A stretch of 64,000 nt of DNA. Origin: a virus. Positions 10,093 to 19,479 of the stretch are shown here, piece by piece; position 1 is the first letter of the stretch; every line of letters starts with the position of its first letter. The stretch lies in the IMG/VR virus record IMGVR_UViG_3300025601_000016, positions 6,867 to 70,866 of that record, one strand, 5' to 3'. The notes beneath the pieces are model-generated. The model did not search any database. It saw only the letters and a list, made by a program, of their open reading frames with translations, and was not told the DNA's origin. Position numbers and translations under genes: made by a program.

Positions 10093-11309
10093 TGGCTGAT
10101 CCTGTTGTGAAAGATCCAGAAGACGAAATTATTGATGAAACAGTTCTTGAAGAATCAGCTTTTACTGAAGAAGTAGTTTCTGAAGAGGAAGAAGTTGTTG
10201 AACCAGAACAAGAAGACGTTCTGGAGATGTCTGACGAAGACTTTGAAAAACAACTTTCTGAAAAAGAACAAGTTGTCGCTTCTACAGAAGAAGACGAAAA
10301 AGAAAACGAAGCAGAGGTTGTTGCTGACTCAGCAATTAAAGACCCTGTGCCGGCTAAAAAAGCCCCAGCTAAAGAGCCCGTAAAAGAAGAGAAAGAAGCT
10401 GTCGCTTCTGACGATCCTCTTCAAGTAGATGATGCTGCGGCCGTACTTGCTTACAAAGAGATGATGAAACCGTTTAAAGCCAACGGTAAAACAGTCCAGG
10501 CAAGAACACCCGAAGAAGCTATTCGTCTCATGCAAATGGGCGCAGGACATATCAAGTATCAAACGCAAGTAAGACCTTTGTTGGCTCAAGTAAAAACTCT
10601 TGAAAACGCGGGTATTACAAACAGCGATCTTAATTTTCTTGTCGAACTTCACAACAAAAACCCAGAAGCAATTAAAAAGCTTGTTCGTGACGCAGATATC
10701 GATCCTTACGACATTGTTGTTGACGACAATGCTAAAGAAGCTGACAAGACGTACCAACCTAAAAACTATCTAGCTACAGAAGATCAAGTCGCTCTCGAAG
10801 AAGTTCTTAGAGAAGTTCAGGAACAGCCTGAAGGCGAAGCTCTTTTGAAAGCAGTTAGAGTTGACTGGGACCAATCCAGCCGAAAAATGGCTCTTGATGA
10901 GCCAAATGTTCTAAGGATTCTGACCGAACAAAAGCAATCAGGTGTTTATGATCTGATCACTGCTGAGATCGACCGCAGAAAGACCTTAGGTGAATTTGCC
11001 AATATGCCGCTCCTTACTGCCTACCACCAAGTGGGCACTGAGATGCAGAATAAGGGCGCGTTCAATAACCTGACCAGCGATAGTGCTGATCTAACGAAAC
11101 AAACCCCCGCACCAACTACAGTAACTCCTCAACCATCTAAGATTATTGCTACGAAAGCTGCAACACCGAAACAATCTAACAGCTCAGCCGCGGTTAAAGC
11201 TATTGCCCCGGTTAAGACGGTTGTGACGCCTAAAGCTGACCTCTCTAACGTCATGAATATGAGTGACGAAGAGTTTGCAAAAATCGAGGGTCTAGAGAAA
11301 TTTGCTTAA
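10092..11309 (+). CDS. N4 gp57-like protein (acidic; scaffold-like, often annotated tape measure)
   Basis: PFKANGK...EAIRLMQMGA motif, MSDEEF repeats, upstream of capsid. Confidence 0.85.
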   Translation: MADPVVKDPEDEIIDETVLEESAFTEEVVSEEEEVVEPEQEDVLEMSDEDFEKQLSEKEQVVASTEEDEKENEAEVVADSAIKDPVPAKKAPAKEPVKEEKEAVASDDPLQVDDAAAVLAYKEMMKPFKANGKTVQARTPEEAIRLMQMGAGHIKYQTQVRPLLAQVKTLENAGITNSDLNFLVELHNKNPEAIKKLVRDADIDPYDIVVDDNAKEADKTYQPKNYLATEDQVALEEVLREVQEQPEGEALLKAVRVDWDQSSRKMALDEPNVLRILTEQKQSGVYDLITAEIDRRKTLGEFANMPLLTAYHQVGTEMQNKGAFNNLTSDSADLTKQTPAPTTVTPQPSKIIATKAATPKQSNSSAAVKAIAPVKTVVTPKADLSNVMNMSDEEFAKIEGLEKFA

Positions 11310-11347
11310 TGATGGTTCGGTCCAATCATTAACATAGGATTAAGAGC

Positions 11348-12538
11348 ATGGCTGATGCAGCTCATCTTTATAATAATCCGCCTTCGGTAGATTCGACTGT
11401 CGGTGGCGGCCAAATGAACGAGTTCTTCTATCAAAAGAAGGCTCTTATCGACGCTCGTCGTGAAATGTATTTTATGCCCCTGGCTGACACTATGTCGATG
11501 CCTAAGCATTATGGTAAGCGGATTAAAGTTTACCATTACGTTCCACTTCTGGACGTTCGCAACGTAAACGACCAGGGTATTGATGCTGCTGGTGCTGCTA
11601 TTGCTGACGGTAACCTTTATGGTTCCTCGAAGGATGTCGGTACGATCACATCGAAACTACCTGTAGTTTCTGAATCTGGTGGCCGTGTTAACCGCGTTGG
11701 TTTTACACGTATCATCCGTGAAGGTACTATTTCGAAGCTCGGCTTCTTTACTGAATACTCTCAGGAATCGATCGACTTTGATTCGGATGCAGAACTGATG
11801 ATGCATATGAACCGTGAACTCGTTTCCGGTGCTGTTCAGATTTCTGAAGCTGCTCTCCAAATTGACCTTCTTGAAGGTGCCGGCGTCGTTGCTTATGCAG
11901 GTGACGCTGTCTCTGACATCACGGTTGATGGTGAGTCTGCTGATCCGGCCGTGGTCGACTACAGAGACCTCTTCAATCTTAGCCTTGTTCTTGACGACAA
12001 CCGTACGCCAAGAGAGACCAAGATTATTACTGGTTCCCGCATGATTGATACGCGCACCATTCGTGGTGGACGTGTCATGTATATCGGTAACGAGCTCCAA
12101 GCCACTGTTGAAGAGATGGTTGATCCCTTTGCAGCAAAAGCTTTTGTGCACGTTCACCAGTATGCAGCCGCTACTACCACGCTTAATGGTGAAATTGGCA
12201 CAGTCGCTCAGTTTCGCATTGTTGTGGTTCCTGAGATGCTCCACTACGAGGGTGCAGGTGCAGCTGTCACCACAAACCCTGGTTTCCGTGATGATGGCAC
12301 TAACTACAACATCTATCCGATGCTTGTTGTTGGTGAAGCTTCCTTTACGACCATTGGCTTCCAGATTGGTGGCAAGGGCGTCAAGTGGCAGATGATTCAC
12401 AAGAAGCCTGGCGTGGATATTGCTGACCGTACGAATCCATACGGTGAGATCGGCTTCCATTCCATCAAGTGGTGGTATGGTACGATGATCCTGCGTCCTG
12501 AGCGTCTTGCTCTGATCAAGACTCTTGCGAAAGAGTAA
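11348..12538 (+). CDS. major capsid protein (N4 gp56-like)
   Basis: 396 aa; [28 protein letters not shown] and PYGE.GF.SIKWWYG motifs; strong codon bias. Confidence 0.96.
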   Translation: MADAAHLYNNPPSVDSTVGGGQMNEFFYQKKALIDARREMYFMPLADTMSMPKHYGKRIKVYHYVPLLDVRNVNDQGIDAAGAAIADGNLYGSSKDVGTITSKLPVVSESGGRVNRVGFTRIIREGTISKLGFFTEYSQESIDFDSDAELMMHMNRELVSGAVQISEAALQIDLLEGAGVVAYAGDAVSDITVDGESADPAVVDYRDLFNLSLVLDDNRTPRETKIITGSRMIDTRTIRGGRVMYIGNELQATVEEMVDPFAAKAFVHVHQYAAATTTLNGEIGTVAQFRIVVVPEMLHYEGAGAAVTTNPGFRDDGTNYNIYPMLVVGEASFTTIGFQIGGKGVKWQMIHKKPGVDIADRTNPYGEIGFHSIKWWYGTMILRPERLALIKTLAKE

Positions 12539-12546
12539 TACAGAAT

Positions 12547-12618
12547 AGCGTCATCCTCTTTTGGGAGATCGAGGGTGGCGCTGCCTGGCTAGATTTTTCT
12601 TGGGTGGTCTAGCCAGGC
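12547..12618 (+). promoter_or_regulatory. two abutting stem-loops after the capsid gene (mRNA stabiliser/attenuator)
   Basis: AGCGTCATCCTC/GAGGGTGGCGCT and GCCTGGCTAGA/TCTAGCCAGGC; no U-tract. Confidence 0.6.
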
Positions 12619-12662
12619 TACTCTGTGTAACCCGAGACAATAACCCAAGAGGTACTAGTAAT

Positions 12663-12926
12663 ATGTCAGAAGAAATCCACCCAGCTCCCATTGAGTTTTC
12701 AAAGAAAGAAATAGAGACAGACCACATTTTGCAATATTTCCACTATGTGCATTTGCCTCAGATTCTTCAAAGTAAATCTAAGCCGTTTTGTGATTTGGCT
12801 CGAATGCTGATTGACACAACACCACGTAACCCAGAGCGCACAGTTGCTCTTCGTAAACTGCTCGAAAGCAAAGACGCTGCTGTTCGCGCAGGTATTCCAA
12901 AGAAACAGGAAACACCCAATGTCTGA
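12663..12926 (+). CDS. Acb2/Tad1-like helical-hairpin protein (putative anti-defence nucleotide sponge)
   Basis: GAGG RBS; FHYVHLP...SKPFCDLA...P.NPERTVALRKLLESKDAAVRA pattern. Confidence 0.55.
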   Translation: MSEEIHPAPIEFSKKEIETDHILQYFHYVHLPQILQSKSKPFCDLARMLIDTTPRNPERTVALRKLLESKDAAVRAGIPKKQETPNV

Positions 12927-13647
12927 TGAAAACACAGAACAAGATTTTGAAGAAGAAGCTACTGCGAGCGAAGATGCTTTTGACAACGGACCCACTCGTT
13001 TGGAGTCCCTTAAGCAAAAAGCTAACGCAATGGGTCTAAAGCATTCTCCTAATATTGGAGAAGAAACACTTGCTCAAAAGATCAAAGAAGAAGAAGCAAA
13101 ATTCTCTAAAGATCCGCTTGAACAAGAAGCAGTCCAGACAAAAACTCTGGCTCCTAAAGCTAAAACTTCGGATCCTAGAGTTCCTCGTAAAGGGGAAACC
13201 CCTTCTTTAGAAAAGATGCTGCTTATGGATACAGATGATGTTCTTGAGTATCCACCGCATTTGCGTACACGCATTATAAGAGCAGTACAGAGACACCGGG
13301 GCCTGAAGCTTATTCGTTGCCAGATCTACAATAACAATCCGGCAAAAAATGACCTCAAAGGCGAGATTCTTACTATCTCCAATAAGTATATTGGTGTGGT
13401 TCGCAAGTTCATTCCTTTTGGTGAAGACACCGAAAAAGGCTACCATGTACCGCAGATTCTTTATGATATGCTCAAGCGTCGTAAGTATCAGCGTGTGACG
13501 ACCGTCAAAAACCCTGATGGTACAGAGCGTGTTGTCCAGTCAATGACGCCTGAGTACACAATCAATGTTCTGCCTCCTCTTACACAGGCAGAGCTCAATG
13601 AACTCGCAATTCGTCAAGCCGCTGCTGAACGCGTAGGCTTGGTTTAA
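12919..13647 (+). CDS. N4 gp55-like protein
   Basis: start ATG 12919 with AGGA RBS; LKQKANAMGLKHSPNIG, NPAKNDLKGEI, LPPLT..EL motifs. Confidence 0.85.
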   Translation: MSDENTEQDFEEEATASEDAFDNGPTRLESLKQKANAMGLKHSPNIGEETLAQKIKEEEAKFSKDPLEQEAVQTKTLAPKAKTSDPRVPRKGETPSLEKMLLMDTDDVLEYPPHLRTRIIRAVQRHRGLKLIRCQIYNNNPAKNDLKGEILTISNKYIGVVRKFIPFGEDTEKGYHVPQILYDMLKRRKYQRVTTVKNPDGTERVVQSMTPEYTINVLPPLTQAELNELAIRQAAAERVGLV

Positions 13648-13673
13648 TATCTAACTGCTGACGGGAACTATTC

Positions 13674-14753
13674 ATGGCTAACGATCCTTCGACCGAAGCC
13701 CAAAGTATTTATGTTGAGCTTACGACAGCTGAAGCATTCCCGTCAGTAGCTGTAGATATCACTTCTACTGACTTTGCTCTTCCTTCTACTGTGGGCAATC
13801 CACTTTATGTGGCTCCTACAGCAGTAACTGTTGAAGAGCTGACAGATAAAAACCCAGATGGCGTCGGTGTATTTGATGTCATTATGAAGTCTGTCCGGAA
13901 CCATATAGGTGAAGAATACGACCTTGGGCGTATATCAGGCCAAGAGTACGCATCAGTTTACGTACAAATGACTACCGCGGCGCTTCAAACAGCGACACAG
14001 TTTCTCATTCAAAAAGACGCAGCCACGTACACTAATGCACTGATTCAGATGCAGGCGCGCGAAGCTGAGATTAAATTAGTCATTGCCGCGGCTATGCTAG
14101 CCCAGCAAAGACAATCTTTGGTTCTCACTGAGATCCAGGTGCTTACAGCTAAAGCTGAATACGCTCTCAACAAAATGAAACTTGCTACTGAAGACATTAC
14201 TTACACCAAGATCGAAAAAGACATGGAAGTAAGTGCTGCTCAGAAGCTTCAGATTGAAGCCCAAACAGATATTGCTGGTTACCAGCTCACAGACATTATG
14301 CCTGAAGAGAAAGCCCAGCTTCAATATCAGACCACATATGTGTTGCCGGCCGGCGTGGCTAAGACAAACTATGAGACCACGCAAATCATGCCGCAACAAA
14401 AAGACAGTCTGGTTAAAGACGTGGCGATCAAGACATATCAATTGGCGAGTCTTTTGCCTGAGCAGCTTAACCTTACCAAGGAACAGGTTGAGGTTCAGCG
14501 AGCTCAGACAATGGACACTAGAGTCAATGGTGTTACCGCTATCACAGGCGCGATCGGCAAACAAAAAGCCCTGTATGATCAGCAGATCGACTCATACATT
14601 AAAGACGCTAGACATAAGGGTGCCAAGTTCTGGATTGACGCGTGGATCACGCAGAAGTCTTTGGATGAAGGTTTGGCTGCGCCAAGTGAGTTTACCAATT
14701 CAAACGTAGATGAAGTGCTTGCAAGCCTTAAGCTGGATCTTGGTCTCACATAA
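13674..14753 (+). CDS. N4 gp54-like virion protein
   Basis: G.GVFD.IM, VQRAQTMDTR and GKQK.LY.QQI.SY motifs. Confidence 0.85.
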   Translation: MANDPSTEAQSIYVELTTAEAFPSVAVDITSTDFALPSTVGNPLYVAPTAVTVEELTDKNPDGVGVFDVIMKSVRNHIGEEYDLGRISGQEYASVYVQMTTAALQTATQFLIQKDAATYTNALIQMQAREAEIKLVIAAAMLAQQRQSLVLTEIQVLTAKAEYALNKMKLATEDITYTKIEKDMEVSAAQKLQIEAQTDIAGYQLTDIMPEEKAQLQYQTTYVLPAGVAKTNYETTQIMPQQKDSLVKDVAIKTYQLASLLPEQLNLTKEQVEVQRAQTMDTRVNGVTAITGAIGKQKALYDQQIDSYIKDARHKGAKFWIDAWITQKSLDEGLAAPSEFTNSNVDEVLASLKLDLGLT

Positions 14754-14766
14754 AAAGATCTAAGTT

Positions 14767-17115
14767 ATGAGCCTTTTTGGTAGTAAGAAAAAAGTTTATG
14801 TCTCCTCTACCGTTTACAAAATGGCAGATGATGACACCAATCGTTCGTCTTATATTCAAGAAATCATAGCCGCCAATGCTCTGGGAACGAGTAATGTTAG
14901 TATGGGTGAGGCTATTGGTCTAGGTATTAGGAATGGACCAAGAGTCTCTCAAAAAAGCTTTTTTAGGTGGGCTAAGAACAACTACGATTTTGGTATGGCC
15001 CGAGCGGCTATCAATTATAATGAAGTTATTGATAGTGTCGCAGTAGCAGCGCGAATTCTTGTAGAAGATTTTGCCAGCGATCCGAACATTGAAGTAACCG
15101 TAAATACTGCTTTCATCGATAACGCCGATGAGAGCTATTATGGCGAACGCTTTATTTATGAAAACAGACCTGAGCTGGCTGACTCTGATTGGGCTGCAGA
15201 CGTAGATCCTGATACTAATGATATCTGGATCCAGTATGTTCCAGGCGCAGAGTATCCAACAGGTACACCTATATCTAGTGAGTACTTTTCTGAGCCTGGT
15301 TTTGATTCTAGTGACACTGTGCTTGTGGCTTACTACACAGCCAGAAACACTGTCACAGATACCTCGTATCCAGTTAAAGTCTTTATCTATAAGATTGGTG
15401 ATGGAATTGCTGCCCTAGATGATTACCGTGTTCAGTTAGACGACGGCACAGCAACAAGAGAGTTTTATCCATTCATACCTCTTAGGATTAATAACAAATC
15501 TGTATTTGAAGCAGGATCTCCCGCTACAGGTAAAGAAGATGAGATTCGAGAAGCATGGAAAAAAGGTCTTGGAGGTGACATCGATGATGCACTTACCGAG
15601 ATTGAAGCTAATCCTTCGCTTGGCGATATTGATTACGCTTATCTTGTGTTTGGAGTTTCTTTGAACACACAAAGCAATGTCGAAAAACAATACCTGTTTG
15701 AATTTTTTCGTACACTTGCTGGTCGACAAACTACCACGGCCGCTGACTTCACAAACTATCAGGCCACCAATGACACTTTGGGTAACCAATTACGCGAGTT
15801 GAATGTAGATTCACCTCTTCTGAACAATCGTGCTTTTAATGACCCAATAAACCCAGGGTATCTTCAGGGTGTCGACGTAGGCACTCAATCCGTGGCTCCC
15901 CAGATTACTAACATCCATCTGACTTTGCCTACACCGGAGCTTGGTGTTTTAGACATGAAGATCTCTTGGTCAGATATTTCTGAAACCAGAGCTACAGGTA
16001 AAGCCTTTGCTGAAGCAAAGGTAGGCGAAGTCGAGGTCAAAGAAGGCATAGCCTACAACGAAAGAACAGTGCTTGGTTTTATCAATGGAGAGTTTGCATC
16101 TTCTAATCCTGTAACGGGTCTGACAATACGAAAGCAGATCAATTCTCTTGAGTATATTGAGATTAAGATTCAGGGTCTGATGCATAAAAACCTGATTTAT
16201 AAAGGCAAGTCTGTCGACATCACAGCTCGAGAAGCTATGGCAGATCCAGACGAGTCTGGGTTCATTATACCTCTTCATGAACCTACGCTTAAGCGTCTTG
16301 GTTCAGTTATATCTACTGAGCTGGCTCGAGAATCTTTCATACTGGTATTTAATTCATACCAAGTCGTAAAAACCAAATGGTATCAAAAAGGCATTTTCAA
16401 AGTACTTCTTGCTATTGTTATTGCTATAGTTGTTGCAGTTGTTTTTTACTACTTTGGTCCTGAAGCTGCAGCAGCTACTGCTGAAGGAGGTTTTGGACTA
16501 TTAGGAGGTGCCGCAACAGTTGGAGCACTATTGGGCTTCACCGGCGTCCTGGCAATTGCTGTAGGTGCCGCGGTAAATGCAGTTGCTGCACTTATAGTAC
16601 TTCAAGTCATTGGTTCAGTGGCTGGCGAGCTGTTTGGAGATAAAATAGGTCAAATCATAACCTTAATAGCAGCAGTTGTTATTTCTCTTGGTTCAGGCCC
16701 AGGTGGCTGGTCTACTGGGAATATGGCAGCAAACATTGGTAATATGGCATCAATCGACAAACTGTTGATGATGACTAACGCAACAACAGATCTAGTGAGG
16801 CTGTATCAACAGTCTGCTTATCAGAAGATTATGGAAGAGACCCAAAAGTGGAGTGAAGATTCTCAAGCTAAGCAAAAAGAGCTTGAAGAGCTTATGTCAG
16901 AGTTTGACGGCAAAAACGTCATAGATCCTCTTATGCTGGTCGACTTTTCAAACCCGCTCGACAATACCAAGATATTTGGTGAAAACTTCGTAATGGCTGC
17001 TTCTGCTAGGGAATCACCCGAAACGTTTCTTTCTCGGACCTTAGCAACAGACCTTTCTTCTTTAAGCCACTCTATGGTCTATAGATTTGTAGACCTTTCA
17101 TTGACTTTGTCTTAG
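14767..17115 (+). CDS. N4 gp53-like virion protein with C-terminal hydrophobic segments
   Basis: KKKVYVSSTVY start, DIDYAY.VFGVSLN, KWYQ.G.FK followed by TM helices. Confidence 0.88.
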   Translation: MSLFGSKKKVYVSSTVYKMADDDTNRSSYIQEIIAANALGTSNVSMGEAIGLGIRNGPRVSQKSFFRWAKNNYDFGMARAAINYNEVIDSVAVAARILVEDFASDPNIEVTVNTAFIDNADESYYGERFIYENRPELADSDWAADVDPDTNDIWIQYVPGAEYPTGTPISSEYFSEPGFDSSDTVLVAYYTARNTVTDTSYPVKVFIYKIGDGIAALDDYRVQLDDGTATREFYPFIPLRINNKSVFEAGSPATGKEDEIREAWKKGLGGDIDDALTEIEANPSLGDIDYAYLVFGVSLNTQSNVEKQYLFEFFRTLAGRQTTTAADFTNYQATNDTLGNQLRELNVDSPLLNNRAFNDPINPGYLQGVDVGTQSVAPQITNIHLTLPTPELGVLDMKISWSDISETRATGKAFAEAKVGEVEVKEGIAYNERTVLGFINGEFASSNPVTGLTIRKQINSLEYIEIKIQGLMHKNLIYKGKSVDITAREAMADPDESGFIIPLHEPTLKRLGSVISTELARESFILVFNSYQVVKTKWYQKGIFKVLLAIVIAIVVAVVFYYFGPEAAAATAEGGFGLLGGAATVGALLGFTGVLAIAVGAAVNAVAALIVLQVIGSVAGELFGDKIGQIITLIAAVVISLGSGPGGWSTGNMAANIGNMASIDKLLMMTNATTDLVRLYQQSAYQKIMEETQKWSEDSQAKQKELEELMSEFDGKNVIDPLMLVDFSNPLDNTKIFGENFVMAASARESPETFLSRTLATDLSSLSHSMVYRFVDLSLTLS

Positions 17116-17157
17116 GTTACAGCGTAAATCTAAAGCAATCTAAATAGGATATTTATT

Positions 17158-17625
17158 ATGGATTGGACACCGTTACCTAAGCCGCAAAGCACCAGTTCTC
17201 TATGGTCTTCAACGCTCCCTACAGCTCAACCAATCTCAACAAGTATTGCTGGCTTTGGTTCTGCAGGACCAGCTAATCCTTTTTACAATGATACCCAGTA
17301 CGCACCTGGATCTATCTCAAATGACTCTCGCATTGCTGGAGGCCATATGTCTGCCACAGGAGCGAATGGGACACCTAATTTTGGTGATGGTAAAACCGAT
17401 TGGGGCGGTAGATTTGGCATGATGGGTAATGTAGCCCAGTCACTTGCCGGTCTGTTTAGTGTCATTCAAGGTTTTAAACAAACCAAGCTAGCGGGAAAAA
17501 GCCTTAATTTTCAAAAAGATGCTTGGACCAAACAATACAATATGTCCAAAGAAGATCATGATCGTGAACTAGCAGATCGTGCTAAAAACCGTAAGCAAGT
17601 TGAAGATCAGACTCTGTCTGCTTAA
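17158..17625 (+). CDS. N4 gp52-like ejection/virion protein
   Basis: 155 aa Gly-rich, synteny. Confidence 0.65.
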   Translation: MDWTPLPKPQSTSSLWSSTLPTAQPISTSIAGFGSAGPANPFYNDTQYAPGSISNDSRIAGGHMSATGANGTPNFGDGKTDWGGRFGMMGNVAQSLAGLFSVIQGFKQTKLAGKSLNFQKDAWTKQYNMSKEDHDRELADRAKNRKQVEDQTLSA

Positions 17626-17640
17626 TGTCAGGAAACACCA

Positions 17641-19473
17641 ATGGCTATTAGATTCAATTCTATCGGTCTGCCTACAGGTATTGATACCGAAGGTATGGCC
17701 TCTGCTGCTAATCAAACAGCAAGTGGAATAGCCGCAATTGGTGCTGGGCTTACAAACCTGGGTGCGAGAAAAGACGCACGAGACGCCGCTCAAAAAGAAA
17801 AAATGCAGAACAGCGCTCTTGAGTATTTTACGCTCAAAGCAACCAACGCTAAGAGCGAAGATGAGATTTTAAATGTAGGTAAAGAGATGGAAGCATTTAA
17901 TGCTTCTAACCCTTTTGGCGCTATTGTAGGCGGCGCTGAACAGATAGCAAAATCTAAAGAAAGCTTGCTCATCAGAGAAGGTCTTAAACAAGACAATAGA
18001 TTTGCAGGTACTCAAGCAGATATGAGCCGAGCTACTCTTGACGCAACAAACCTTACAAATGAGTTTAATACAAAAGAAGCTGACGTAATAAGCCAAGCTT
18101 TCGTGCTGTCGACTAGTGGGGATGTAGAAGGCTTTCGTGCGTTTGTAGCAGAGAATCTTTCTCGCTTGCAGGCAACATATGGAGATAACGCCAGCAACTT
18201 AATGGAACAAGGCATTACTGCTCTAGCCACTGCTGAAACTGATAGAAGTGCTCGAGATAAAAACTCTGATGAAAACCGCAACAGAGATATGGTGGATAGT
18301 CAGTTAAAGACAGATTATGATTATATCAATAGAGCTTCTGAAATAGCTGCCACAGAAGCAGATCGGCTTGCTACTCAAGCCCAAAATAATAGAGAGCTGG
18401 ACAAAAAAGCAAATGCTCTTGCTAATAGATACGTAAATGTAAACTCCGTTTATGAAGATGTGCAAAAAAGGGTACGAGATGGCACTATGAGCCCAGAAGA
18501 CGCTTTGTATCTCACCAATGCTGTAAAAAATATCTATGAAACCACTGATCCTAATCAGCTTGCTGGTGCGGGTATCGATATATTAGGCGACGCGAACGCT
18601 TTTGTAGACATTCAAACCGCACGGAGGAGAGAAAATCCAGGTAATGCTGCGAATTCAAATATAAGCAGTCGAGAAGACTTAGCTAATCGTGAGTTGTACG
18701 CCAAACGTGTATCAGAAGACTACGCTCGTAACAACGTAAACATTGCCAGTGAAGTTGGCTCTATTTTGGCCAACGCAAAGCTTCTTCAGCAAACAGATCC
18801 TTTTCTTAAAACATTTATTGAAGCAGAACAATTTAATAACAACGTTGTTAAACCTGACGGCACTCAGGTTAAATTGTTTGAAGCATTTGATCTTCAAAAT
18901 GCTAACGGAATTCAAGTTATTCCTAATGCTATGAGAACAAAAATTACCAACTTTCAAAAAGAACAAAAACTTGAAGGTGGTAGAATTATGACTGATGGTG
19001 AAATTCTTGCTATACTGCAAGACACTATCAAATCTAACACAAATCCATTATTACTAATTCCTGGCGGTAAAGAATATGGTGTACGAGAATTAGACTTTAA
19101 TTCTTTTAAGAAAAAAGCCGAAGCTTGGCGTAAAACAAATACAGGTGAGGTTGCGGCCAAAAGAGTAAGAATAGCCCGCCAAGTTGCTTTGGCTGAAAAT
19201 TCAGAAGCTAAAATTAAAGAATTGGAATTACAGTATGTGCTTGCTTCTCAAAAAGGAAGCGAAGCAGAGATGCAGAAACTCAGTAAACTGCGTGACGAAG
19301 AAATTGATATGTTGACCGGTCTTTCATCGTACATGAATAACGAAGTAGGCGCTTTAGGCCAAAGTGGTATGGCAAGACTATTGGCGACTTCTCCTAGTCC
19401 AGAACGGGATGCCGAAATACAAGAACTTAGGATGGAACAGTTTTTTGGTGATATGAACACGGCTAGAAGGTAA
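17641..19473 (+). CDS. N4 gp51-like ejection/virion protein
   Basis: 610 aa helical protein directly upstream of vRNAP. Confidence 0.65.
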   Translation: MAIRFNSIGLPTGIDTEGMASAANQTASGIAAIGAGLTNLGARKDARDAAQKEKMQNSALEYFTLKATNAKSEDEILNVGKEMEAFNASNPFGAIVGGAEQIAKSKESLLIREGLKQDNRFAGTQADMSRATLDATNLTNEFNTKEADVISQAFVLSTSGDVEGFRAFVAENLSRLQATYGDNASNLMEQGITALATAETDRSARDKNSDENRNRDMVDSQLKTDYDYINRASEIAATEADRLATQAQNNRELDKKANALANRYVNVNSVYEDVQKRVRDGTMSPEDALYLTNAVKNIYETTDPNQLAGAGIDILGDANAFVDIQTARRRENPGNAANSNISSREDLANRELYAKRVSEDYARNNVNIASEVGSILANAKLLQQTDPFLKTFIEAEQFNNNVVKPDGTQVKLFEAFDLQNANGIQVIPNAMRTKITNFQKEQKLEGGRIMTDGEILAILQDTIKSNTNPLLLIPGGKEYGVRELDFNSFKKKAEAWRKTNTGEVAAKRVRIARQVALAENSEAKIKELELQYVLASQKGSEAEMQKLSKLRDEEIDMLTGLSSYMNNEVGALGQSGMARLLATSPSPERDAEIQELRMEQFFGDMNTARR

Positions 19474-19479
19474 ATCCTC

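Noticed and set aside
11657-12460. 267-aa antisense ORF over the capsid gene
   Set aside because: Shadow of strong codon bias in a highly expressed gene; no RBS or recognisable motifs.
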